The notes below the pieces were generated by a model. That model was not told the origin of the DNA and did not search any database. It saw only the letters and a list, made by a program, of their open reading frames with translations. From Candidatus Margulisiibacteriota bacterium (GTDB lineage: Bacteria > Margulisbacteria > WOR-1 > O2-12-FULL-45-9), in assembly GCA_043816785.1 (NCBI GenBank), contig JBDRHP010000060.1, positions 1 to 26,069 of the forward strand: a DNA stretch of 26,069 nt, written 5' to 3'. Positions 7,977-16,203 of this stretch are shown here, piece by piece. The number at the start of each line of letters is the position of its first letter. Positions within the stretch are counted from its first letter, which is position 1. A program made the translations under genes and the position numbers.

Positions 7977-10487
7977 ATGGCTGATCTGACCCCCATGGCA
8001 AAACAATATCTTTCCATCAAAGAAAAGCATCAGGATGCTATTCTCTTTTTCCGTTTGGGAGATTTCTACGAGATGTTCTATCAAGATGCTGAAGTCGCTT
8101 CAAAAGAGCTTGACCTGGTCCTGACTGGTCGGGGGAAAGATGACCACCGGATGCCGATGTGCGGCATTCCTTACCACGCTTCGCAAAATTATATTGCCCG
8201 TTTAATTGATAAAGGATACAAAGTAGCCATCTGCGAGCAGGTTGAGGACCTGCCTGCCGGCAGGCACGGCCCCAAAGAGGCTAAGGGAGTGGTGAAACGC
8301 GAAGTTGTCAGGATCGTTACCCCGGGAACGGTTATTGAAGCGCATCTTTTAGCAGAAAAAGCCAATAACTATTTGTTAGCCATTACCAGGGAGAAGAATA
8401 AATACGGCCTGGCATATGTTGATGCCTCAACCGGGGAGTTTAAGGTAACAGAGCTTGAAACCGAGGGAAAATTGTTGGATGAAGTTAACCGCATCAATCC
8501 TTCTGAGATTTTGCTGTCTGATATGATTCCGGAGGAACCGCGACGTTTAGTCGCAGGTTCCTCTACAGTTTCAGAATTTAAGGACACCTATGATTCTGAA
8601 GCTGCTGAAGAAAAACTTAAGCAATTTTTTAAAGTTAAGTCGCTTGATTCTTTCGGCCTAAACGCCGTGAAAACCAGCTGGGGAGCGGCAGCAGCTATCC
8701 TGGACTATCTTAAGGAAACGCAGAAGACCAGTTTGGACCAGATCAACCAGATCAAGCCCTATCAAACTTCTCATTTTATGTTTATTGACGCGGCCACCAG
8801 GCGCAATCTCGAGCTTGTCCAAACCATCAGAGACAAATCATACAAAGGCTGTTTGCTCTGGGTGCTGGACAGGACAAAGTCGTCGATGGGCGGACGTTTG
8901 CTGCGGCAATGGATACTGCAGCCGCTGCTTGACGCAGCACAGATCAATCAGCGTTTGGAGGCGGTTGAAGAGCTTTATAACAACGCGATACTGCGCGCTG
9001 AACTCGGGCAGGAGATCAACAATGTTTCGGATATTGAGCGGGTTGTTGGACGCATAGCTTCCGGCACTGCCAATGCCAGGGATTTGATCGCGCTTAAAGA
9101 TTCCTTGAGACTTTTGCCCAAACTTAAAAGCCTTATGTCTAAAGTCCAAAGTCAGCTGCTGCAGCAGCTGGGCCGGCTCCCAGATTTTACTGGGATTCTT
9201 GATCTGATAACCAGATCAGTTGTTGATGATCCGCCTTTTGCTTTAAAAGACGGCAACTTGATAAAACAAGGGTTTGAAGCTGAACTTGACCAGATCAAAG
9301 CCGCGGCTCGTGAAGGTAAGGCCTGGATCGCTCAGCTGGAGAATGAAGAAAGAAAACGCACCGGGATCAAATCGCTTAAAGTCGGTTTTACCAGGGTTTT
9401 TGGCTATTATATCGATATAACCAGATCAAACCTTTCTCAGGTGCCGGATAATTACATCAGAAAACAAACCTTAGTAAACAGTGAACGATTTATCACTCCC
9501 GAGCTCAAGGAAAAGGAATCACTGATCCTTAACGCAGATGAGCGCTTGAAGGAAATGGAGTACAAGGTTTTCTGCGATGTTCGCTCCAAAGTTGCTGAAC
9601 AAACTTCTGAACTGCAAAACCTGGCGTGGGTCCTGGCCCAAATTGATGTTTTGCTGTCTTTAGCTGAGGTCGCAGTTGAAAACCATTACAGCAGGCCAAA
9701 AATCCAAAAATCTAAATCCGGAATAAATATTATTGAATCAAGACATCCTGTAGTTGAAAAAGTGCTGGGAGAGCATCGGTTCGTTCCCAATAATGTTGAA
9801 ATGGATGAAGCAGCCGGGCGTTTCCTTTTGATCACCGGGCCTAACATGGCTGGAAAATCGACCTACATGCGTCAGGTGGCTCTTACTTGTTTGCTGGCCC
9901 AGATCGGATCTTTTGTCCCGGCAAAAGAAGCTGAGCTCTGCCTGGTTGACAGGATCTTTACCCGCATTGGCGCCATGGACGACATTTTCTCCGGCCAGTC
10001 AACTTTTATGATGGAAATGACCGAGACAGCCAATATCCTGAATAATGCAACTGACAAGAGCTTGATCATTCTTGATGAGATAGGGCGGGGGACTTCAACC
10101 TTTGATGGCATGTCGATCGCCGCGGCAGTGGCTGAATATATACATACTAAGATTGGAGCAAAGACTTTGTTTGCCACCCATTACCATGAGATCACCCAGT
10201 TAGTTGATAAGCATCCAGGCATGGAAAACCTGAATGTTCTGGTTAAGGAAGAGGGAGATCATGTAACTTTTCTGCACCAGATCGTTAAAGGGCCAGCGGA
10301 CCGGTCTTATGGGATCCAGGTGGGTAAACTTGCCGGTCTGCCTGCTGAAGTAATTAAAAGAGCCAAGGAGGTTTACTCAACTTTGGAAATGGTTGAAAGC
10401 GATCTGGGGAAAATTAAAAGCTCCAGGCCAAAGGCCAGAGGCCAAAAGGCCAAGGGTGCTGAACAGGAACAAGTTAGTTTATTTTAG
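7977..10487 (+). CDS. mutS: DNA mismatch repair protein MutS
   Basis: TPMAKQY, FRLGDFYEMF, TPGT, TGPNMAGKSTYMRQ, DEIGRGTST, FATHYHE, SYGIQV. Confidence 0.98.
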   Translation: MADLTPMAKQYLSIKEKHQDAILFFRLGDFYEMFYQDAEVASKELDLVLTGRGKDDHRMPMCGIPYHASQNYIARLIDKGYKVAICEQVEDLPAGRHGPKEAKGVVKREVVRIVTPGTVIEAHLLAEKANNYLLAITREKNKYGLAYVDASTGEFKVTELETEGKLLDEVNRINPSEILLSDMIPEEPRRLVAGSSTVSEFKDTYDSEAAEEKLKQFFKVKSLDSFGLNAVKTSWGAAAAILDYLKETQKTSLDQINQIKPYQTSHFMFIDAATRRNLELVQTIRDKSYKGCLLWVLDRTKSSMGGRLLRQWILQPLLDAAQINQRLEAVEELYNNAILRAELGQEINNVSDIERVVGRIASGTANARDLIALKDSLRLLPKLKSLMSKVQSQLLQQLGRLPDFTGILDLITRSVVDDPPFALKDGNLIKQGFEAELDQIKAAAREGKAWIAQLENEERKRTGIKSLKVGFTRVFGYYIDITRSNLSQVPDNYIRKQTLVNSERFITPELKEKESLILNADERLKEMEYKVFCDVRSKVAEQTSELQNLAWVLAQIDVLLSLAEVAVENHYSRPKIQKSKSGINIIESRHPVVEKVLGEHRFVPNNVEMDEAAGRFLLITGPNMAGKSTYMRQVALTCLLAQIGSFVPAKEAELCLVDRIFTRIGAMDDIFSGQSTFMMEMTETANILNNATDKSLIILDEIGRGTSTFDGMSIAAAVAEYIHTKIGAKTLFATHYHEITQLVDKHPGMENLNVLVKEEGDHVTFLHQIVKGPADRSYGIQVGKLAGLPAEVIKRAKEVYSTLEMVESDLGKIKSSRPKARGQKAKGAEQEQVSLF
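8249..8269. repeat. 21-nt palindromic mini-insertion in mutS (adds LPAGRHG)
   Basis: CCTGCCTGCCGGCAGGCACGG; removal restores EQVEDPKEAKG; reverse complement matches 7476-7496 at 19/21. Confidence 0.88.
8532..8563 (+). repeat. Right-type hairpin repeat in-frame within mutS (EEPRRLVAGSS)
   Basis: GAGGAACC-GCGAC-GTTTA-GTCGC-A-GGTTCCTC; 30 nt identical to 5355-5384. Confidence 0.92.
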
Positions 10488-10493
10488 GCTTCA

Positions 10494-10502
10494 TGTTATA
10501 AT
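10494..10502 (+). promoter_or_regulatory. Extended -10 promoter element
   Basis: TGTTATAAT 20 nt upstream of ATG 10523. Confidence 0.5.
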
Positions 10503-10522
10503 GGTAAAAAAAAGGGACTAGC

Positions 10523-10939
10523 ATGAAAAAAATAATTATTGTAAGTTGTCTGTTGTTAGTTGTAAGTTTTTCCGCAGGTGCAATGCAGCCGGAGATCATT
10601 GGCGGGGTTAGAGACGGAATGGCAATTGGCATGATGGCGGACGCGCCGGTGGCCAAAAATGTTGGGATCAGGTTTGGACTGGAAGGCAACACTGGCAGGC
10701 AACCCTTGTTGCTCTTTTTTGGCGGAAAATTTTTACTGACATATTTAGGCCGTTCTCCCATGTATTTTGGCCTGGGCGCAGTCGGTTATACGGGTGGCTC
10801 TGGCAGCACTTCGGTTGGTCCGGCCTTATCAGTGGTTTTTAATCGGGCCTTTAATGTTAATCCCATGTTCGTGGAATTTGGCGGAGATGTTGCTGACGGG
10901 GCCCGTTTATTAGCACAAGTAGGTTATAAAATATACTAA
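10523..10939 (+). CDS. Secreted protein, probable small outer-membrane beta-barrel
   Basis: Signal peptide (MKK..SAGA); alternating amphipathic Gly/aromatic strands; C-terminal VGYKIY beta-signal-like end. Confidence 0.65.
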   Translation: MKKIIIVSCLLLVVSFSAGAMQPEIIGGVRDGMAIGMMADAPVAKNVGIRFGLEGNTGRQPLLLFFGGKFLLTYLGRSPMYFGLGAVGYTGGSGSTSVGPALSVVFNRAFNVNPMFVEFGGDVADGARLLAQVGYKIY

Positions 10940-11065
10940 ATGGCACTCGTTCAGCTAATTTTAGGGACTAGTATTATTGCCGCGGTGATCTTCTATTTCA
11001 TTAAACGCAGTAAAAAACTCAATGAGATGGAAATGGAAGAGCGCTTGAAGGATGAATATCGCTAA
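10940..11065 (+). CDS. Small (41 aa) single-pass membrane protein not in ORF track
   Basis: MALVQLILGTSIIAAVIFYFIKRSKKLNEMEMEERLKDEYR*; ATG immediately after the upstream stop. Confidence 0.6.
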   Translation: MALVQLILGTSIIAAVIFYFIKRSKKLNEMEMEERLKDEYR

Positions 11066-11451
11066 GGCCAGTCACCGATCCTGAGGCTTGCATAAAAATA
11101 ATCAATGATCTCTTGGTAAATATCAAAGAGCAGTTCAAAACCTCTGGTTGCCTCTGCTAATTGGGATCCGGATAGAGTAGTATAAAACGAGTCAACTCCT
11201 AAGCTAAGATATTCAATCAGCGCCAGCTGCCGGCTAAGCTCAGCCCCAATAAATCGCCGGCATTCTTTAGCAATTTCTGTGTTGCCTGTCTTTTTTGCCG
11301 TAACGGCTAGAATGGCCAGTTCCGCAAGATATTCCCAGGTATGGATCTCTTTTTCAACCACCAATTGATTGACACTGGTCCTAAGCTTCTCAAGCCCTAG
11401 GCGTAAGCTCCGGCCTGTTGGGCCCGTGGGAACAGGATAAGGCCTAAGCAA
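11062..11451 (-). CDS. Hypothetical protein (possibly C-terminal half of a frameshifted gene)
   Basis: 129 aa ORF with weak TTG start; frame open upstream to 11505. Confidence 0.45.
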   Translation of the reverse strand: MLRPYPVPTGPTGRSLRLGLEKLRTSVNQLVVEKEIHTWEYLAELAILAVTAKKTGNTEIAKECRRFIGAELSRQLALIEYLSLGVDSFYTTLSGSQLAEATRGFELLFDIYQEIIDYFYASLRIGDWP

Positions 11452-11459
11452 ACTGTTAG

Positions 11460-11678
11460 CTATTTTGTTGGAAATGTCAGCTGAAAAAGCTTCCGGGTAA
11501 AATTTTCAAAGTTAAGCCTTACGGTTTGCAGTATATTTGCCAGATGCTGGAGGTGTTTTAGGTTCCAGCCAAGCCTGGGTAAAGCTTGGTGCCTGCTTAA
11601 TCGGGCCATGGCAAAATGTTGCAGCGGCCGGTATTGAGCAGGTATGGTGTAGCTGGTTTCTGACCCGAGCATTTTCAT
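11460..11678 (-). CDS. Hypothetical protein (possibly N-terminal half of a frameshifted gene)
   Basis: 72 aa ORF starting 18 nt after the stop of 11697-12206. Confidence 0.4.
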   Translation of the reverse strand: MKMLGSETSYTIPAQYRPLQHFAMARLSRHQALPRLGWNLKHLQHLANILQTVRLNFENFTRKLFQLTFPTK

Positions 11679-11696
11679 GGTTCTATTGTCTTTTGA

Positions 11697-12206
11697 TCAA
11701 AATGAACCATATTTAATTCTTGGTCCTGTTAATAGACGATATAATTCAATCTTAACTTGAACAGCAGCTTTGGTTGTTAAGCTCATTGTTAAATAGCAGT
11801 GCAGATGTTTTTCATAGTTGTCATAGGATGAGAGCCAACCTGTTTGTTCAGTTTGAGGACGCCCATAAGTGGCTAGTTCGCGGATAGCGGCTCTGACTGC
11901 TTGAGAGATCAAGGCTTTAACCAGATCCTCGCGAATGAAGCTTGCGGTGTTTGTTAAGGTGAAGTCCACCTCTGAAAGATCTCTGGCTTGCAAAATAGCG
12001 GCAATTTGCGGGAAATCCTTGAAAAATTCGCTGAGTGAGACAACTCCACGGGGATTATCTTCGCGCCACGTTTGGCGCTCGCGTAATTTGTCTCTTATCG
12101 TATCAGAGAGGCGAGTAAGACCTTTTAAGTAAGTTGGACCGCGCCTAAACAGGATCTGCGCTGGTCTTTTCATCAAAGTGACTATTGGCATGATCATTTT
12201 ACTCAT
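11697..12206 (-). CDS. Hypothetical protein
   Basis: 169 aa ORF, GAGGA RBS and sigma28-like promoter upstream. Confidence 0.65.
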   Translation of the reverse strand: MSKMIMPIVTLMKRPAQILFRRGPTYLKGLTRLSDTIRDKLRERQTWREDNPRGVVSLSEFFKDFPQIAAILQARDLSEVDFTLTNTASFIREDLVKALISQAVRAAIRELATYGRPQTEQTGWLSSYDNYEKHLHCYLTMSLTTKAAVQVKIELYRLLTGPRIKYGSF

Positions 12207-12223
12207 GATAAATCCTCATACTT

Positions 12224-12251
12224 TTATCTGCAATAGGTCAAGATAATTTCA
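12224..12251 (-). promoter_or_regulatory. Sigma28-like promoter (leftward)
   Basis: Minus strand TGAAA-N15-GCAGATAA vs FliA consensus TAAA-N15-GCCGATAA. Confidence 0.55.
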
Positions 12252-12265
12252 GTTGATCTGTGAAA

Positions 12266-12293
12266 TGAAATATCCCCTCAAATCTTTCGATAT
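12266..12293 (+). promoter_or_regulatory. Sigma28-like promoter (rightward)
   Basis: TGAAA-N15-TTCGATAT. Confidence 0.45.
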
Positions 12294-12304
12294 ATATAGT
12301 AGGA

Positions 12305-13036
12305 ATGATTACACCTGTTAAACAAGTAAATATTCCCAGAACGTTGATCTTGACACATTTGCGTCAGGCTGAGCCTCACAATCTCAGATCGTGTACTAAG
12401 CTCTGGAATCTGACTGATCGCGCTTTTGGGGCAGAGGGGCCTTTTGCCAAGCGATTATCTTTGACAGAAGAGGGCAGTGATTTGCCAGCCGGGGTCAAGT
12501 TGGGGCCGTGGGACAATAAAGTTTTTTCTTGGACAGGCGCGATTGATGATGTTACCCCTCTTCCAAAATATCAGAAAATGAACCTGCCGCCGCCTGATTT
12601 TGTCTCAGCTTATGATCTTGGCTTTGCTCAGCCAGGGGAGCAGAGTTTTATCCTTGGCGGAGGCAACCTGGATTTTTGTATTTGGGAAACCTTTCAATCA
12701 CTGGTCAAGGTAAAACTTGAACAAGGAGAATCCTTTCAGGCGATTATTCCGCTGGCCATGGTTTACTGGTCAGACAGGTTAGGTAATCCATTTAAATATA
12801 TTGAGCAGCCGAACCGCTACACTAATTTTCTGGAACAGACACACGCAGCTGGGAAATTGAGCTCGTCTCAGGTTTTTATCGATGAACAGCTGGTGTTCAG
12901 TCGCTCGGGCAGCGGGCCAACTATTGAACTCCACTGGTTTACGGCCTTAAAAGGGATGTTTGCGTCGCCGTTCTTTCCTGAAACTAGCGAGCCAGCTTCT
13001 CTTAATCGAATGATCAGCTACTTTGCCCAACGTTGA
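12305..13036 (+). CDS. Hypothetical protein
   Basis: 243 aa ORF, no confidently recognised family. Confidence 0.65.
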   Translation: MITPVKQVNIPRTLILTHLRQAEPHNLRSCTKLWNLTDRAFGAEGPFAKRLSLTEEGSDLPAGVKLGPWDNKVFSWTGAIDDVTPLPKYQKMNLPPPDFVSAYDLGFAQPGEQSFILGGGNLDFCIWETFQSLVKVKLEQGESFQAIIPLAMVYWSDRLGNPFKYIEQPNRYTNFLEQTHAAGKLSSSQVFIDEQLVFSRSGSGPTIELHWFTALKGMFASPFFPETSEPASLNRMISYFAQR

Positions 13037-13051
13037 TTTATTTTCTTATTC

Positions 13052-13080
13052 TTGAGCCACTTCTGCTGATGTGCTAGAAT
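13052..13080 (+). promoter_or_regulatory. Sigma70-type promoter for thyX
   Basis: TTGAGC-N17-TAGAAT with extended TG; 8 nt before ATG 13089. Confidence 0.5.
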
Positions 13081-13088
13081 CTGCTAAT

Positions 13089-14495
13089 ATGAGAGTGATC
13101 CTCGCTGGCTACAATGTTGATACCGAAGTCCTGGAAGACCTGAAAAAAACTAGCCGTCCGCGTCAGGATGTTACCCCGGAAACTTTGTCCGCTTCTTATG
13201 CCAGGATCTCCCGTGATCCCAGGCCGATCAATGAACTGCGTAGGATCGCCAGGGAGGAAGTGACCAAAGCCAGGCAATCAAATTCCACCATTATTTTCAA
13301 GATGGGGCATCATTCCATTGCCGAGCACGCGGTGTTTAATTTTGACATTCTTGGAGTATCGCGTTTAGCTTTGGAAGAGATTGAGAAATTTCGTCTTTGC
13401 GCCTACACAGAAAAGTCCCAGCGCTACCAAAAGCTGGGTAATGATTTTGTGGTTCCAGAGGAGATCAAGGGTTCTGATCTGGAAAAAGATTTTACTGCCA
13501 CGATCAAAAAACAGAATGACTTTTATCATGAGTTGGTTGAAAACAAGATCGAACCGGAAGATGCGCGTTATGTGACTTCGCTGGCCACCGAGGGTCAGCT
13601 GGGGCAGACCATCAATGCCAGGAACCTGGAATTTCTCTTTCGGCGTTTTGCTTCTCATCCCTTATTTGAGGTGCGGCAGATAGGTTCAGAAATGTATAAG
13701 CTGGTTGAGCCGATCGCGCCTTCGATCATTCTTTTTGCCGGGGCCAATGAATACGATCAAAAAACTTTTTCCGAGCTTAAGGCCCAGAACGAGAGGTTTT
13801 GGACCCAACCTAAAAAGGCCAAGAAGGCCGTAGAGCTGGTCGAGCATTCTAAAGACGCGGACAACAAAACGATCGCCGCGCTGCTTCACACCTCAACAAA
13901 TTTACCGTATAAAAAATGCTTAAAACAAGCCAAAGCCATGAGCGAAGAAGAAAAGAAGGAATTGATCAAGACTTGTTTTAAATACGCTGAGCTCTATGAC
14001 CGGCCGCACCGGGAATTTGAATATGTTGATCTAACTTTTGACCTGGTTGTTTCTGCTGCTTGTTTTGGTCAGTTAAAACGGCACCGCATGGCTTCCATTA
14101 CCAGCCAGGCTTATGAGCCGGGGCTTGGGGTGCTGATCCCGGAAGCGATCGTTAAAGCTGGTCTGGATAAGAAATTCAATCGGGTCATAAACATCACCAA
14201 TAAAGCCTTTGAGAAGATCTCTGGCAGTTTCCCCCTGGCTGCTCAGTACGTGTTAACCAACGCCCATTGCAAACGGGTTTTGGTCAAAGTTAATGGCCGG
14301 GAGCTGTATCACATGTCCAGGTTGCGTGAGGATAAGCACGCCCAATGGGATATCCAGAATATTACCAGGCAGATGACGGACCTGGCTAAAAAAGTTATGC
14401 CCTTGACCATGCTTTTTATCGGTGGGAAAGATGCTTATTCGGCTATCTACGAAGCTAATTTTGGTAAGAAACCAAAAGTTTTACCCGAGTATTAA
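13089..14495 (+). CDS. thyX: FAD-dependent thymidylate synthase, tandem two-domain form
   Basis: GHHSIAEH, SR..EKSQRY, EDARY, NARNL; second repeat REFE..QLKRHR..NGRELYH..LR..HAQWDI; ATG 13089 preferred over GTG 13071. Confidence 0.85.
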   Translation: MRVILAGYNVDTEVLEDLKKTSRPRQDVTPETLSASYARISRDPRPINELRRIAREEVTKARQSNSTIIFKMGHHSIAEHAVFNFDILGVSRLALEEIEKFRLCAYTEKSQRYQKLGNDFVVPEEIKGSDLEKDFTATIKKQNDFYHELVENKIEPEDARYVTSLATEGQLGQTINARNLEFLFRRFASHPLFEVRQIGSEMYKLVEPIAPSIILFAGANEYDQKTFSELKAQNERFWTQPKKAKKAVELVEHSKDADNKTIAALLHTSTNLPYKKCLKQAKAMSEEEKKELIKTCFKYAELYDRPHREFEYVDLTFDLVVSAACFGQLKRHRMASITSQAYEPGLGVLIPEAIVKAGLDKKFNRVINITNKAFEKISGSFPLAAQYVLTNAHCKRVLVKVNGRELYHMSRLREDKHAQWDIQNITRQMTDLAKKVMPLTMLFIGGKDAYSAIYEANFGKKPKVLPEY

Positions 14496-14519
14496 GTCTT
14501 AAAAGGGAGTAATCTAATC

Positions 14520-14888
14520 ATGAAAAAGCCTATTAAGCGAAGGAAAAAAGAGATCGATATTCATGAGGTCTTGAAAGATGTTACTGAGAAGGTCGAAAAG
14601 ACCGCTAATGTCAAAACTGTTTTTGGCGACCCGATAAAGATCGAAGATCGGACAATCATTCCTGTGGCCACAGTTTCGGTTTCCGACGGCAGAGGAGGCG
14701 CTGGTTTACATGTGGAGAGCAAACCAGTTGGTTATATTGAGATAACTAAAGAGGGGGCAAAATTTGTCTCGACACCTGATTCCACTAAAATAGCTTTACG
14801 CGGCATCCTGAATGGTGTTTTTGCTGTTGGGGTGTTTGGTTTGGTTGCCATCATCAAAGCTTTTAAAAAGGAAAAGAAGTCAAAATAA
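14520..14888 (+). CDS. GerW/YtfJ-like protein
   Basis: ANVKTVFGDPI..TIIPVA..GGAG..PVGYI pattern. Confidence 0.75.
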   Translation: MKKPIKRRKKEIDIHEVLKDVTEKVEKTANVKTVFGDPIKIEDRTIIPVATVSVSDGRGGAGLHVESKPVGYIEITKEGAKFVSTPDSTKIALRGILNGVFAVGVFGLVAIIKAFKKEKKSK

Positions 14889-14890
14889 TA

Positions 14891-15760
14891 ATGCGCTCCC
14901 AATCAGTCAAAGCCCAGGCAACCACACTGCTAGCTTCTTTGATGTTTGCCTTAATGGCCTTTTTAGTCAAGGTCTTATCCGTGAACCTGTCAGGCGCGGA
15001 GATACTTTTTATCAGGGCGATCATCAGTATCCTGCTGCTTGGCGCAGTACTGCTTTTTGTTTTTAAGGGCAGGCTGAGGATCAGAAATCTCAATATGCTG
15101 ATGGTTCGCGGTTTGTTTGGCGGTTTTGCGGTCTTGTTATATTTTACGGCAATTTCCCGCATCCCTTTAAGCAGCGCAGCCATGCTGGCTAATGCCTATC
15201 CTGTGTTCGCCATTTTATTCTCTGTGATCATTGTCAAAGAGCGTCCGAACCTTGATTCGCTCTTTGTTTTGCTGCTGGCTTTTGGCGGGATGTTTCTGAT
15301 CCTGGAGCCGCGTTTTGGCAAGATCGATATTGGCTATTTTATGGCTTTAGCTGCTGCGGTTTTTGGCGGAGTGGCGGTGGCATCGATCAGGGAATTGCGG
15401 AAGACTGATTCTTCCTGGATGATCACTCTTGCCCAAATGGTGGGAGCAGCCTTGTTTTCGCTGGCCCTTTTGCCCGGACGTTTTGTTGTTCCTGACGCCA
15501 GGCAATGGGGATTACTATTGTTAGTTGGGATACTAGGTACTGGGGCTCAGCTAGCTTTTTCCAAGCCCTTCAAGTTCCTTCCTACGGCAGAAGGCAGCAT
15601 GGTCGCGCCGGTTTATACGGCTTTTACAGTTGTTTTAGCTGTCTTGTTTCTGGGAGAAGTTATGACCCTGCGCTTGGTCATGGGTTTCTTTCTGGTCTTT
15701 GGCAGTATCATGTATTTGCTTGCCAGGGAAGAGGTCAAGTTCCGCAGACATTTACTATGA
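14891..15760 (+). CDS. DMT/EamA family transporter
   Basis: About 10 hydrophobic helices in two repeats; RGLFG, P.FA, LGE motifs. Confidence 0.88.
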   Translation: MRSQSVKAQATTLLASLMFALMAFLVKVLSVNLSGAEILFIRAIISILLLGAVLLFVFKGRLRIRNLNMLMVRGLFGGFAVLLYFTAISRIPLSSAAMLANAYPVFAILFSVIIVKERPNLDSLFVLLLAFGGMFLILEPRFGKIDIGYFMALAAAVFGGVAVASIRELRKTDSSWMITLAQMVGAALFSLALLPGRFVVPDARQWGLLLLVGILGTGAQLAFSKPFKFLPTAEGSMVAPVYTAFTVVLAVLFLGEVMTLRLVMGFFLVFGSIMYLLAREEVKFRRHLL

Positions 15761-16164
15761 GACCTTTGAAGCGTTTTATCCTCTGTTTTGTCCTGCTTGA
15801 TAACCTGTTGACCAACTTCTCAAAGAGATCGCTTTTTAGGAATAAATGGCAGCTGGAAGGTGCCTGCAAAAAATGCGGCAGTTGCTGCAAAGAAATTTAT
15901 CTTAAAATAACTCCCCGGCAGCTGGGCAGTAAAATGTTCGCTCGGCTGGCTGTCAAATGGATAACCTGGCTTTTTGATTTTATACTCTTACGGATCGATC
16001 AAGAGAACCACTATCTGGTTTTTACCTGTAAACATGTTCAGCCTGATGGCAGATGCGGCAATTACTTCTGGCGACCAAGTGTTTGCCGTAATTATCCATT
16101 GGTGGATTATTTTGAAAAGCCAAAATTGCTGCCTGATTGCGGGTTCTATCCAGTTGAGAAGTAG
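15757..16164 (+). CDS. YkgJ family cysteine-cluster (CxxCxxCC) protein
   Basis: CKKCGSCC...C...GRCGNYFWRPSVCRNYP; ATGA overlap with EamA stop gives start 15757, not 15505. Confidence 0.8.
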   Translation: MRPLKRFILCFVLLDNLLTNFSKRSLFRNKWQLEGACKKCGSCCKEIYLKITPRQLGSKMFARLAVKWITWLFDFILLRIDQENHYLVFTCKHVQPDGRCGNYFWRPSVCRNYPLVDYFEKPKLLPDCGFYPVEK

Positions 16165-16203
16165 TTATTAATTTGGTATATTAGCTGATAAGGGAGATTG
16201 TAT

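Noticed and set aside
5317..8563. CRISPR array made of the palindromic repeats
   Set aside because: Copies are dispersed, in both orientations, without regular spacers, and there are no cas genes in the window.
15505..15756. N-terminal extension of the 219-aa ORF
   Set aside because: It overlaps the EamA gene out of frame; ATGA coupling at 15757 gives a typical YkgJ-size protein.
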